A DNA stretch of 64,000 nucleotides from an uncultured Desulfarculus sp. (GCA_963665125.2 CAXXUK010000002.1:256001-320000), one strand, 5' to 3'. Counted from the stretch's first letter, positions 9,607 to 19,371 are shown. A program made the numbers and translations. Notes: generated by a model not told the origin, from the letters alone.

Positions 9607-10126
9607 CTACGTGTCCACAAAAATGGGGGAAGATCAGACGCTAAGTTTTTTGTGGTAGGGTCGAGATAATTACGAAGTACTTAAGGGGGCAGATCATCCC
9701 AAGCCATCTGCCGGAAGGCCAGACTGTTAACGCAATTAACGACTAGGACAGATACGTTTTGTACCAGTCAGGATGCCTATTATTTCACGTACCTTCATAG
9801 TAACTTTGAATTATCTCTCTTAACTCTTGCACTTTTTCATCAAGAATGCCAGTGAGGCAAAACGTGAAAAGACTGACAAAGAGAGCAAGCACTTTTTCGG
9901 CCAAACAATATCCTGTCGGTTTCATAGCGGCCGGATCTTTGCCAATTATTATATGCGTACGGTCAAATCGGGCTATTCCTTCACCTATTCCGCCGCCAAA
10001 CTGTCTAACGATTGGGGGCCACCTCTAACAGGCCTGTCTTCAACCATGGGCATATCCCAGGGAATCAAAGACTTAGCTTGAGGCAATGTCCTTTGGCGCG
10101 GGGCAGAGGCGCCTAGGCCCTGGGCC

Positions 10127-13100
10127 CTAGAGGATATCGTCCAGGAACTTGGCGATCTGTTTTTGGCGGCTGGCGACCATGGCGGCGTATTTGCCGGAAC
10201 CGTTATAGGACTTCATGACCTTGTCGGTGTCAATGGTCGACGGGCTGCTGCCCGAGGCCGGGGTGTAGGACTGCTGCATCAAAGTGCGCAGGTGATAGGC
10301 GGCCATCATGGTGGCCATGGTCAGGTTTTCCTGAAGGTCGATGCTCTTTGGCGGCGGCACCAGGCCGTCGGCGGCCATCTCGTCGATTATGCGCAGCTTG
10401 GTGGGATGATAGATCTGGAACGGGCTGGCCGAGAGATCGTTGTCGCCCAGTATGTTGGCGTAATAGGTCTCCTGATGGCCGATGGCCAGCATGAACGTCA
10501 CGGGCACCTGATACATGTGGGCCGCGCAGTAGATGTCAAAGGCCAGGTTGCGGGCGTAGAGCTTCAGGTCGCCGGAGATGGGCATCTTGCGCTGTTTCAT
10601 GAACTGCTGGCAGCGGGTGGCGATATACGGCGACATCTGGTCCACGAACTGGTGCAGGCCCATGGCCTCCAACTCGGGCAGGGGCTTGACCTGGCCCTTG
10701 AACCACTGGGGCGGCTGCCACTGCTTTTTCAGGATGCCCAGGCTGCTGGCGTTGGCCGTCAATGCCTTGATGGCCCGGTCCGGACTCAGGCCAAGGTCCC
10801 GGTATTCGCGGTAGAGGCGGTCCATGAACAGGCTGCGTCCCCGCTCGGGCGAAGGGGCAAGCGTGGCCAGTTCCACCGCAGAGCGGGGTAGGCCTTGACT
10901 GGCCATTTCCTGGAAGATCAGCGGGTGCCGGCCGGAGATAATCTTGCTGGCGTTGACCACCGGCTCCAGTTCGGCTTCTTCCACGGTGTCACGATCGGGG
11001 AAGGCCGACCGGGCCGACAGCAGCAGGGCCCTGGGAGTCAGCCCGGCCCGGCGGGAGGCCTTGCGCAGGCGGGAGCGCTCAGCAGGGGTCATTTCGGCCT
11101 GGGGCGCGTAAAGGGGCAGAGGCCTGGGGCCGCTGGCGGTGGTGGCCGGAGCCTCGGCCTTGACCGTGGGCTCGGGCTTGGCCGCGACTTCCTCGGACCG
11201 GGTTTCGGCATCGCCGTCGGGCCCGCCGTGCACCAGTTCCACCGACGCCGGGGTCAGCCCCTCTGGGCCGCGCAAGGTGGCCTTGCTGGGATTGGATACG
11301 GAAAACAGCACCAGTCCGGTGGCCAGGCCGCCCACCAGCATAAGCTGGCCCAGGGCGCTCTTGCCGGCCTTGCCCAGACGGCGCCGGGCCTGTTGCAGGC
11401 GCTCGAACAGGCGCCGGGCCTGGGCAGGCTCCAGACCGCCCTCGGGCAGCGAGGCGCTAAGGGTGACCAGCATGCTCAACTGGGTCAGATTGTTGCGCAG
11501 GGTGTTGGCCTGATCAGCCAGTTCCAGGACCTGCCGCTCCAGGTCGTCGCCGCGCCGCCGGCCCACGGCCAGGGCCACGGACATGTCCCCGGCCAGCCTG
11601 GCCCATCCGGCGGCCTCTTGCCTGGCCGCGTCCAACTCGGCCTGAAGACCGACAATCTGTTCATTGGGCCGCACGGATGCGGCGCCAGTCCGCTCCATGG
11701 CCGCCAGGCGTTCCAGGGCCGCGTCTCGCTCGGCCGCCACCTTTTCAGCCCTTTCGTGAGCCACTTCATGGCGGGCCTTGGAGCGCTCCAGGGCGCTGCG
11801 CAGGCTGGCCAACTCCACTTCGCGGTCCTGTAGCCGGGAAAGCTCGAACTCGGCCTGGGCCTTTTCACCACGGACCCGGCCCAGCTGCTTGTGGCGCTCG
11901 AGCATCTTGCCCCGCAGCACCGAGGCCATATGGCGGCTGTTCAACAGGCGTGCCGAAAGGTCGTCGATTTGGCCCAGGGCGTCTTCCAGACGGCGGCCCA
12001 GATCACCGGCCCGGTCCTGATAGACCAGGGCGTCCTGCAATTGATCTTCGGTGCGCAGCAGCTTTTCGCGCTGGGCCCTGGCCAACATCAGCAGGCGGCC
12101 AACATTACGCTGGGCCCGGTCGATGCGTTCGTTGGCCCGTCTCAGGTCACGGCGCAGTTCGCCGGTCTCGGCGTTTTTTTGATCCAGCCTGACGGCCAGG
12201 CCTTGGCGGTCCAGGGCCATCAGCCGCAGGCTGCCGCTGAGGTCCAGGGCCACCTTTTCCAGGGGCATGTTTATGGCCTGGTTCAGCCCGCCCTCGGCCA
12301 GCCGCCGCCAACGCGTGGAGGCCTGGCGCAATCCGGCCAGACGCTCCAGGTGGACGTTGCGGCCGCTCATCTTGCGCAGGCTAACGTTGTGGGCCTTGAT
12401 GGTCATGGGCGGTTTGTTCAGGGCCACGAAAGGAATCAAACTCAAGGCGGCCTCAATCTGGTCCGCGGCCAGGCGGTCGTCGGCGGCCCGGACCTTGGCA
12501 TTGGCGGCCTTTTCCACCACCCGGCCCAGAGCCGGAGCCAGGTCCAAATGACGCATACCGCCCAGGGCCGCCACCACGGGGCGGCAAAGTCCCACCAATT
12601 GGGCCGCATAGGCGTCCAGGGCGTCGCAATCCTGCCGTAGGCCGCTGATGCCGGACGCGGCCTGGTTGACGGCGTCCCGCCCGTCCTTGACGGCCTCACG
12701 CCATGATTCCAGCAGATGCCTGGCCCTGTTCAGGCCGTCTTCCATGCCCTGGCGCAGCTTGTCCACCTCGGCCTGGGTCTGCCCGGCCTGGGGCCGCACA
12801 TCCTTGAGCATGGCCAGAAGCACCGATAGCTCGGCGGCGCATTCACCGCGCCTGTGTGCGTCCTCGGCCTGGGGCCCGCTGAGGGCGGCCACCAGGGACG
12901 GCAGTTGCAGTTCCAGGGATTCTATCTGCCGGTTGACCTTGCGCAGGGTCTTTAAAACCTCGCCGCCCCGGCGGCCCAAACGGGCCAGGCGGCCATCCAG
13001 GATGATCAGCAGCCGCTCCAGGCGCTGACGCCGCAGGTCAAGGTCTCCGGCCCTGTCCAGATCGGCCCGGACCTGTTTCAAGCGACCGGCCGGAGGCTGG

Positions 13101-13984
13101 TCAAGCTGGCCCGCCGCGCTCTCCAGCAGCCCGCCGGCCAGTTGGCTGACCTTGCGGCAGGTCAGAAGCAGGTCATCGGCCTGTTTCTGCCTTTGCCTGG
13201 CGTCGTTTAGGGCGCTGCGGGTGATCTCCAGGCGGGATGAGACATTGCTGAGCCTGGCCTGGGCCAGTTCCTCTGATCTGGCGGCGTCGCGTTCGGCCGC
13301 CATGGCCTTGTCCATGTTGGCCGAGGCCTCGGCGCGGTGTTTCTGGGCTTCCTTGAGTTCCAGACCCTGCAAGTGGGCCTTTTCCTCCAGGACCTTGCGC
13401 ATCTGTTCGGCACGTTGCCGCCGGGCGTCGGCCTGGCGCACCTGCTGCAAACCGGCCAATTTGCCGCTGCCGTCCCGGAAGCTGTTGCGTCCGGCAGGCT
13501 CCAGGCTTTTCATCCACTGGTCCAGACTGACAGCCGTGCGCCGCCATTGCCGGGCCTGGGATCGGATATTGTCCAACTCCGCCTGGCGCTGGGCCACTTC
13601 GCTTTCAGCCCGGGCCAGCACCCGGCCGAAGACCTCAAGGGATTTTTCGTGAGACTGGCGGATCTGCTGCAGGCGGGAGGCGGCCTTTTGCAGGCCCGAG
13701 GCCATCTTTTCGGCATCGGCCTCCACGGCGCGCCTGTTCCCGGATGCCGCCGAAAGGATCAGGGCCGCCTGTTCTTCGCCCACGGTCATGCCTGACAGGG
13801 CGGCGGTGCCAGGCCACAGCTCGGCAAGCCAGGCCGCCAAAGGCCTGCCCATTATTTCCGGGTTGCCCCCGCTTGTTTCGGGAGCCCCGCAGGCAAGCCA
13901 TTGCCCGGCCAGACTCTCGACCAAAGCGGTCAATTCGGCTATGCTGTCTTTGGGCTCATGCAATATCGATCCGCCTTTGACCAT
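10127..13984 (-). CDS. Very large coiled-coil protein with one TM segment and a C-terminal lytic-transglycosylase (SLT/lysozyme-like) domain
   Basis: About 870 aa of Ala/Arg/Leu/Glu/Gln heptad-like sequence; hydrophobic LMLVGGLATGLVLFSV; C-terminal AAHMYQVPVTFMLAIGHQET...SASPFQI...ENLTMATMMAAYHL...SYNGSGKYA. Confidence 0.75.
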   Translation of the reverse strand: MVKGGSILHEPKDSIAELTALVESLAGQWLACGAPETSGGNPEIMGRPLAAWLAELWPGTAALSGMTVGEEQAALILSAASGNRRAVEADAEKMASGLQKAASRLQQIRQSHEKSLEVFGRVLARAESEVAQRQAELDNIRSQARQWRRTAVSLDQWMKSLEPAGRNSFRDGSGKLAGLQQVRQADARRQRAEQMRKVLEEKAHLQGLELKEAQKHRAEASANMDKAMAAERDAARSEELAQARLSNVSSRLEITRSALNDARQRQKQADDLLLTCRKVSQLAGGLLESAAGQLDQPPAGRLKQVRADLDRAGDLDLRRQRLERLLIILDGRLARLGRRGGEVLKTLRKVNRQIESLELQLPSLVAALSGPQAEDAHRRGECAAELSVLLAMLKDVRPQAGQTQAEVDKLRQGMEDGLNRARHLLESWREAVKDGRDAVNQAASGISGLRQDCDALDAYAAQLVGLCRPVVAALGGMRHLDLAPALGRVVEKAANAKVRAADDRLAADQIEAALSLIPFVALNKPPMTIKAHNVSLRKMSGRNVHLERLAGLRQASTRWRRLAEGGLNQAINMPLEKVALDLSGSLRLMALDRQGLAVRLDQKNAETGELRRDLRRANERIDRAQRNVGRLLMLARAQREKLLRTEDQLQDALVYQDRAGDLGRRLEDALGQIDDLSARLLNSRHMASVLRGKMLERHKQLGRVRGEKAQAEFELSRLQDREVELASLRSALERSKARHEVAHERAEKVAAERDAALERLAAMERTGAASVRPNEQIVGLQAELDAARQEAAGWARLAGDMSVALAVGRRRGDDLERQVLELADQANTLRNNLTQLSMLVTLSASLPEGGLEPAQARRLFERLQQARRRLGKAGKSALGQLMLVGGLATGLVLFSVSNPSKATLRGPEGLTPASVELVHGGPDGDAETRSEEVAAKPEPTVKAEAPATTASGPRPLPLYAPQAEMTPAERSRLRKASRRAGLTPRALLLSARSAFPDRDTVEEAELEPVVNASKIISGRHPLIFQEMASQGLPRSAVELATLAPSPERGRSLFMDRLYREYRDLGLSPDRAIKALTANASSLGILKKQWQPPQWFKGQVKPLPELEAMGLHQFVDQMSPYIATRCQQFMKQRKMPISGDLKLYARNLAFDIYCAAHMYQVPVTFMLAIGHQETYYANILGDNDLSASPFQIYHPTKLRIIDEMAADGLVPPPKSIDLQENLTMATMMAAYHLRTLMQQSYTPASGSSPSTIDTDKVMKSYNGSGKYAAMVASRQKQIAKFLDDIL

Positions 13985-14018
13985 GCCCCATGTGGGTTAA
14001 CAAGGAGGGGCTTTAAGA

Positions 14019-14516
14019 ATGATTGCAAATAAATCCCGTATTGTCAACATGTTAACATGCATAACTCTGGCCGGGGCGGCTGTTTTGCTGCTTGCGGGCC
14101 TAACTTTCGCCGCCTTGAAGCCTTTTGTCATCGATCAGCCCAAGGAAGCGGCCCAACTACGCCTGCTGCCCTCCGACGCCTGGGGGGCTTCCCAGGATGA
14201 CGGCGGCAACATGTTGTTGAAGCTGGCCTACATCCGGGGCATGGTCGACGCCTTGGCTTACACCCACCTGGCGCCCAAAGCCAGCGCCGAGGTCCTGCCC
14301 CAATTGTCGGGCATGGACCTGAACGAGGTGGCCGCCGCGGTGGACGCCTATTACGCCGCCGACGCCAAGCACCGCCAGTTGCCGCCCGCCGCGGTGATCA
14401 TGCGCATTCTGCCCAAGCAGAAGGGCTCCACCAGGCGTAGCGATCTGCCCGCCCTGGATGCCCCGGCCCCGGATGATTCCTGGGTCGATGTAAACAAGCA
14501 GCAGGACAAGCCCTGA
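14019..14516 (+). CDS. Hypothetical exported protein
   Basis: N-terminal hydrophobic signal, AGGAGG RBS, host-like codon usage. Confidence 0.7.
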   Translation: MIANKSRIVNMLTCITLAGAAVLLLAGLTFAALKPFVIDQPKEAAQLRLLPSDAWGASQDDGGNMLLKLAYIRGMVDALAYTHLAPKASAEVLPQLSGMDLNEVAAAVDAYYAADAKHRQLPPAAVIMRILPKQKGSTRRSDLPALDAPAPDDSWVDVNKQQDKP

Positions 14517-14645
14517 ATAGCGGCATTTACCCTTGCCGTTTGGCGCAATGTCGGGTATAAATGCCATCTCTGAACTATTCGGCACATAATGATAAACACT
14601 TGAATGCGGTCTTCACCGGCCGCGGTCAAGACCGAGGGTTGTTAC

Positions 14646-14738
14646 ATGGGTAGCGTAATTAAAAAGCGCCGCAAGAAGATTCGCAAGCACAAGCACCGCA
14701 AACTGCTGAGGCGCACCCGTCACCAGCGCCGCAAATAA
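14646..14738 (+). CDS. Small basic protein, AURKAIP1/COX24 (DUF1713; ribosomal bS22-like)
   Basis: MGSVIKKRRKKIRKHKHRKLLRRTRHQRRK*, with GAGG upstream; matches the family signature MGSVIKKRRK..KH.KLL..TR.QRR. Below the ORF-track length cutoff. Confidence 0.9.
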   Translation: MGSVIKKRRKKIRKHKHRKLLRRTRHQRRK

Positions 14739-14942
14739 GCGGTAGCGGGCGGCTCCGCCGCCCCTGCACATTCAAACACCTGACCCGAGCCCAAACCACC
14801 GGAGCCTTTGCCCCGTGTTTCAAGGGTTTCGGGTTTCGTGTTGCCTGAATTCCGTACTTCGGAATATTCGCGGCCACACCCGCGAAAAACAGAGGCCGCG
14901 CCTAATGGCGCGGCCTCTGGCGTATGAAATTTCTTCGGGCGT

Positions 14943-15665
14943 CTACTTGGCCTTGGGCTCCTGGGGCTTGGCGGCGGGCTGGAAGTCCACCAACTCGACC
15001 TCGAAGACCAGGGTGGAGCCGGGGCCGATTAGGGGACCGGCCTGGCGATCGCCATAGGCCAATTCCGGAGGCAGAATGATCTCCCACTTGGAACCCTTGG
15101 GCATCTGCTGCAGGGCCTTGCTCCAGCCGGGAATCACCCTGTCAAGGGGCAGGGCAGCCGGGCCGCCGCGGCCCTCGGAGGAATCAAACACAGTGCCGTC
15201 GACCAGCTTGCCGGTGTAATTGACCTTCACAACGTCCGTGGGGCCGGGTTTGTCGCCCTTGCCGGCCTGGAGTTCGCGGTACATCACGCCGTCGGGCATG
15301 GTCTTGACGCCGTCCTTCTTGGCGTATTCGGCCCGGAAAGCGTCGCCCTTTTTCTTATTCTCGGCCACTTGGGTCTTCATTTTGGCTTCGTGCTCGGCCA
15401 TGAGCTTGGTCCGCAGCTCGTTCATGGCGTCGGCCATTTCCTTTTCGCTCATCACGGCCTTTTCGCCGGCCAGGCCGGCCTTCATGCCGATCAGGAACTT
15501 GTCCGGAGCGATGTCGATGCCCTCGGTCTTCATATCCGAGCCGAACTGGTGTCCGATAATATAGCTGATTTTGTCTTCCAGAGTCTTGAACTGGGGTTTA
15601 TCCGCGGCCAAGGCCCACCCGGCCGTCAGGCTAAGCGCCACCAGAACCATGATCACTTTTTTCAT
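14943..15665 (-). CDS. FKBP-type peptidyl-prolyl isomerase (Mip/FkpA/FklB type)
   Basis: Signal peptide, FKBP_N domain (KISYIIG), VNYTGKLVDGTVFDSS, VIPGW, IPPELAYG-like motif, TLVFEVEL. Confidence 0.93.
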   Translation of the reverse strand: MKKVIMVLVALSLTAGWALAADKPQFKTLEDKISYIIGHQFGSDMKTEGIDIAPDKFLIGMKAGLAGEKAVMSEKEMADAMNELRTKLMAEHEAKMKTQVAENKKKGDAFRAEYAKKDGVKTMPDGVMYRELQAGKGDKPGPTDVVKVNYTGKLVDGTVFDSSEGRGGPAALPLDRVIPGWSKALQQMPKGSKWEIILPPELAYGDRQAGPLIGPGSTLVFEVELVDFQPAAKPQEPKAK

Positions 15666-15878
15666 AGTCACTCCAAAGTCAATGTTTGAACCTGATGTCT
15701 ACCACAGGCCCCAATCAACGCGCAAAACAATTCAGCGCAATGCTTGCGCACCCATATCGGGAGGCCGGGCGCGGCGCCTCGGGCCGGGGATGGGCCGAGA
15801 TGCAAGTAGGCAAAAACTACTGAGCCCCTTGGCCGGCAAAGGCCAGGGGGGCTCGTCAATTTTCCGGACAAGGGCTTG

Positions 15879-17192
15879 CTAGGCCAAACCCATGCGCTGT
15901 TCGATGAAGCGGATCTCTTGATCCAGTTTGGTTTCCTGGTTCTTTTCGCGGTCGATCTTGTCCACGCCATACATCACAGTGGCGTGATCCCGGTTGAAAA
16001 CGCCGCCAATGGTCTTGAAAGAGGCGTCCGTATGGCGGCGGCACAGATACATGGCCACGTTGCGGGGCCTGGTGTGGATCTTTTTGCGCGACTTGCCGGT
16101 CAGGGTTTCCTGGTTCAGGCCATAGGCCTTGGCCACCTCGGCCAGAATTCGTTCCGGGCTCAGGCGGCGCAACTCGCAGGAAATCTGCCCCGCCACCTCG
16201 GCCGCCAGCTTGATGTCCATTGGTCTGGAGGTCAGCGAACTCTTGGCCAGCATGCCGCTGAGGGCCGACAACAGGCGCCGGATGTCGGTGGTGATGGTCT
16301 CGGCCAAATATTCCAGGGGCTCCAGGGGGGCCACCACGCCCAGGGCTCGGGCCTCACGCTGGAGGATCTTGACCCTGGTGGAGTGGTCCGGCGGCTCGAT
16401 GGGCACGGTGATGCTCGAATCGAGCCGGGACAGCAAACGCCCGCCCAAGCCCTTTATCTGGGATGGAGCGGTGTGGCCGGTGAAGATGACCCTCTTGCCC
16501 GCGTTGACCAGGGCGTCGAGGGTGAACACCAGCTCTTCCTGGGTCTTGTCCTTTCCGGCCAGGAAAGGCACGTCTTCCATCAACAGCACGTCGCAACAAC
16601 GGCGGAAGCGGTCCTTGAAGCGGTCCATGGATTTTTTGCGCAAGGCGCTGATCATCTGGTTGGCAAAGTCTTCGGCTGTCAAATAAGTGACCCGCAGGCC
16701 CTTGTCGTCACCCAATACGTGGTGGCCCACGGCCTGGGTCAGGTGGCTTTTACCAAGGCCGGTTGGCGACACCAGGTACAGGGAGCTGGCGAACAGGTTG
16801 CGGCCCTGAGCCAGGGCTCTGGCCGCGGCGCAAGCGTATTCGTTGCCGCCGCCGGCGACAAAATTTTCAAAACGGAACCGGGCGTTGAGTTGGGGCGCGC
16901 CAGAGGCGATCTTTGGCAACTCCATCTGCCGGGGAAGGTTTCGCGCGACATCGAGGCTCACTCTCAGGTCCGGGTCAATCTGCCGGGCTAGCTGGCGGAG
17001 CCGGGGTAGATAATGATCTCGCACCCAGGTGCGGTGGAATGCGTTGGGACAACTCAACGTCAGCCCGCCTTTCTCCTCGTCGACGGGGCGCATGGGCTCC
17101 ACCCAGAGCTTGAACTCTTCGGGATCAATGCTCTGACAAAGCTGTTCACGCAATATGTTCCACTTGGCGAAGGACAACAATATCTCTCCCAA
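15879..17192 (-). CDS. dnaA: Chromosomal replication initiator DnaA (no dnaN downstream; possibly a second paralog)
   Basis: FENFVAG..N, Walker A SPTGLGKSHL, TQEEL, RLLSR, and domain IV RNVAMYL...IGGVFNRDHATVMY. Confidence 0.9.
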   Translation of the reverse strand: MGEILLSFAKWNILREQLCQSIDPEEFKLWVEPMRPVDEEKGGLTLSCPNAFHRTWVRDHYLPRLRQLARQIDPDLRVSLDVARNLPRQMELPKIASGAPQLNARFRFENFVAGGGNEYACAAARALAQGRNLFASSLYLVSPTGLGKSHLTQAVGHHVLGDDKGLRVTYLTAEDFANQMISALRKKSMDRFKDRFRRCCDVLLMEDVPFLAGKDKTQEELVFTLDALVNAGKRVIFTGHTAPSQIKGLGGRLLSRLDSSITVPIEPPDHSTRVKILQREARALGVVAPLEPLEYLAETITTDIRRLLSALSGMLAKSSLTSRPMDIKLAAEVAGQISCELRRLSPERILAEVAKAYGLNQETLTGKSRKKIHTRPRNVAMYLCRRHTDASFKTIGGVFNRDHATVMYGVDKIDREKNQETKLDQEIRFIEQRMGLA

Positions 17193-17699
17193 AGGCGAAA
17201 GGGCCTCTGTTGCAAATCATGGTCGTATTTTTGGCTTACCGAGGCGCAGGCTTGAATGATCCAAAATTTACATGGAAGGCCCCCAAATGGTCAATTCCGG
17301 CTATGCCAGATATGGCCCGATCAGTTCCCCGGCGCTACTACATTTACATCTAATTGGTTTCACTACTCTATTTTTACATGACACACGCACTGCGGCCTTA
17401 TAATGCCGTTTTCAAGATTCTCGGCTAACCTGCCTTGATGTTTATGGTTCCCTGGTTTTTCACAGATGTGCTTATGTTGGTCCACAAGGCGTTTCTTTTA
17501 TTTTCATCTAATTTCAACATAATTTGCATATTATCGTCGTTTTTCAGAAATGCAGTTATGCCTTCATTTTCCATGAAACATAATTGCCACATGTTTCGGC
17601 TATTGACACCAAAGCAAGTTCGCAAAAGCGTTTCCGGTGCATATCATATTGATTTAAAAACCATTATTAATCAGTAGTCACACTGCTGGGCCAGCCGAA

Positions 17700-18120
17700 A
17701 CAAAAGCCTAATATGTCGCTAATCTTTTATATATAATAGGGTTTCAGGCCTTTATTGAGAGGCTTTTCCAAGTACGTAATGGAACATATGGCCGTTTTTC
17801 GGACATAGTTCCGAATAGACCAAGAACTTCTATAAATAATACCTGTTTTCAATTACTGCTAAAAACCAGCCACGGAATGTTGTGGAAAAGGTCTGCCGTT
17901 TCCACGGTTTTTCCACCGGTTTTCCACCACACAAAATGGTTTTCCACCGGTTTTCAACAATTTCTACAAGGTTTTCAACAAAGTATGCACACAGAGCCGT
18001 TAACTTGTTTGTCAAAAAATCACTTTAATTTTATGATGTTACATATATTTCAACATATTAACCCGCAAAGTCTGATTCGCAATTGCCCCATTTATCAACC
18101 GGGCTGTCCGATATTCACCC
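17700..18120. other. Probable replication origin: DnaA-box array plus AT-rich unwinding region
   Basis: TGTGGAAAA at 17881 (TTTTCCACA on the - strand) followed by about 8 TTTTCCAC[ACG]/TTTTCAACA-like boxes at roughly 11-bp spacing up to ~17995. AT-rich flanks, inside a ~1.2-kb gene-free region upstream of dnaA. Confidence 0.75.
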
Positions 18121-18222
18121 AACCCTTAACGAAAACAAAAAAATCACGCTCGTCCGCATCCATCCACGGCCCCATGGGCCGGTGGACCCGAATATCTACC
18201 TTTTTCACAAGAAGACTGCTAG

Positions 18223-18414
18223 TGCGCTGTTGAAAAACAGCCCACTAGGCGGGCCATGGATTCACCCCAATAAAGCTTCGCTTTGCCGGGGACCCCGTTC
18301 CGGCCCGCCAATTCGCGCGGTTTTCAAAGACAAGCAAATTAAGCAACTCTGCAAAACCACGCTTTTGCAAAGTTGCGGTTGAAAAAGTCCTGGATGGACT
18401 TTTTCAACACCCTG
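18223..18414. mobile_element. MITE-like non-autonomous element
   Basis: Ends TGCGCTGTTGAAAAA ... TTTTTCAACACCCTG are inverted repeats; CTAG on both flanks (18219-22, 18415-18); no ORF. Confidence 0.65.
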
Positions 18415-19197
18415 CTAGATCTTTTCGGCGAAATATTCCTTATAGGCTTCGAAAAGGCGGATGCCGATAACCAATAGCACAAGGCTGGCCAACACCATTA
18501 TCCCCAGATAGTCCCAGCGGGGCATGCGGCCGTAGAAACACACGTCGTCATAGGCCATGGTGAATATGGCCGCGGGGTTGGCCATGACCGCCCAGTGGAA
18601 GCGCGGAGGCACGCTGCTGAGCGGATAAAGGATAGGGGTCAAAAAGAACCACAACGTCAACAGGTTGCCCATGATGTGGCGGGTGTCGCGCAAAAACACG
18701 CACATTGTCGTCAGGATCAGGGCCAGGGCAAAGGTGAACAGCAAATGGACCAGGGCCACAACCGGGAACAAGGCGAAATGCCAGCTGAGCTGCTTGCCGC
18801 TGATGACCATGAAGACCACCAGGATGGGCAGACTCAACAGAAAGTTGACAAAGTTGACCAAGACCCGGTTGGCCGGCAGCACCTGCATGGGAAAGGTTAC
18901 CTTGGTCACCAGGCTGCCGGCGTCCACAACCGACCCGGCGCCGTCCAGCATGGATTGGGAAAAGAAGATCCAGGGCAACAGGCCGGTGAACATGTAGACC
19001 GAATAGTGTTCCATCTCCACCCGAAAATACACGCTGAACACCAGGGAATAGACCAAAAGCAGCAATAGCGGATTCAGAAATGTCCACAAAAAGCCCAGAA
19101 CCGAGCCGCGGTAGCGCCCCTTGAGTTCGCGGGTGGTCAGGGCCCAAACCAGGGCCCGGTGCTTGCCAAGTTGCCGTATATGATCGATTTCCAGCAT
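18415..19197 (-). CDS. ABC-2 polysaccharide export permease (Wzm/RfbD-like)
   Basis: RELKGRYRGSVLGFLWTFLNPL, GLLPWIFF, FLTPILYP motifs; about 6 TM segments. Confidence 0.9.
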   Translation of the reverse strand: MLEIDHIRQLGKHRALVWALTTRELKGRYRGSVLGFLWTFLNPLLLLLVYSLVFSVYFRVEMEHYSVYMFTGLLPWIFFSQSMLDGAGSVVDAGSLVTKVTFPMQVLPANRVLVNFVNFLLSLPILVVFMVISGKQLSWHFALFPVVALVHLLFTFALALILTTMCVFLRDTRHIMGNLLTLWFFLTPILYPLSSVPPRFHWAVMANPAAIFTMAYDDVCFYGRMPRWDYLGIMVLASLVLLVIGIRLFEAYKEYFAEKI

Positions 19198-19371
19198 AAA
19201 CCCTTCGTCCGCAGGTGTCGGCGCGAGAATACCACGGCCCGGTCAAATGTGCATAAGGCTTTTTTACCGGCAGCATATGGTTGCATCAAGGCCGCCAATT
19301 CTATTTAATAGAAGCCACGCTCCTCAACTTTGATAGTCACATTGGCAGCATACAAGTTCCGGAGGAAGAGC

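Larger units (their letters stand above)
8387..9636 (+). mobile_element. IS3-family element, copy 2 (intact)
   Basis: TG...CA ends with IRs TGAAGTTCCCCTGAAATTGTGGACAC / GTGTCCACAAAAATGGGGGAAGATCA; orfA/orfB in 0/-1 frames with an A7G slippery run at 8707-8714. Confidence 0.96.

Noticed and set aside
9640..10120. Small ORFs right of IS3 copy 2
   Set aside because: No recognisable motif or convincing RBS; probably degraded accessory DNA.
10127..13984. SMC/SbcC ATPase
   Set aside because: No Walker A/B or signature motifs; it has a TM segment and an SLT-like C-terminus instead.
15876..16991. Long antisense ORFs here and at e.g. 26512-27975, 44730-46061, 54133-55251
   Set aside because: Typical high-GC shadow frames opposite well-supported genes.
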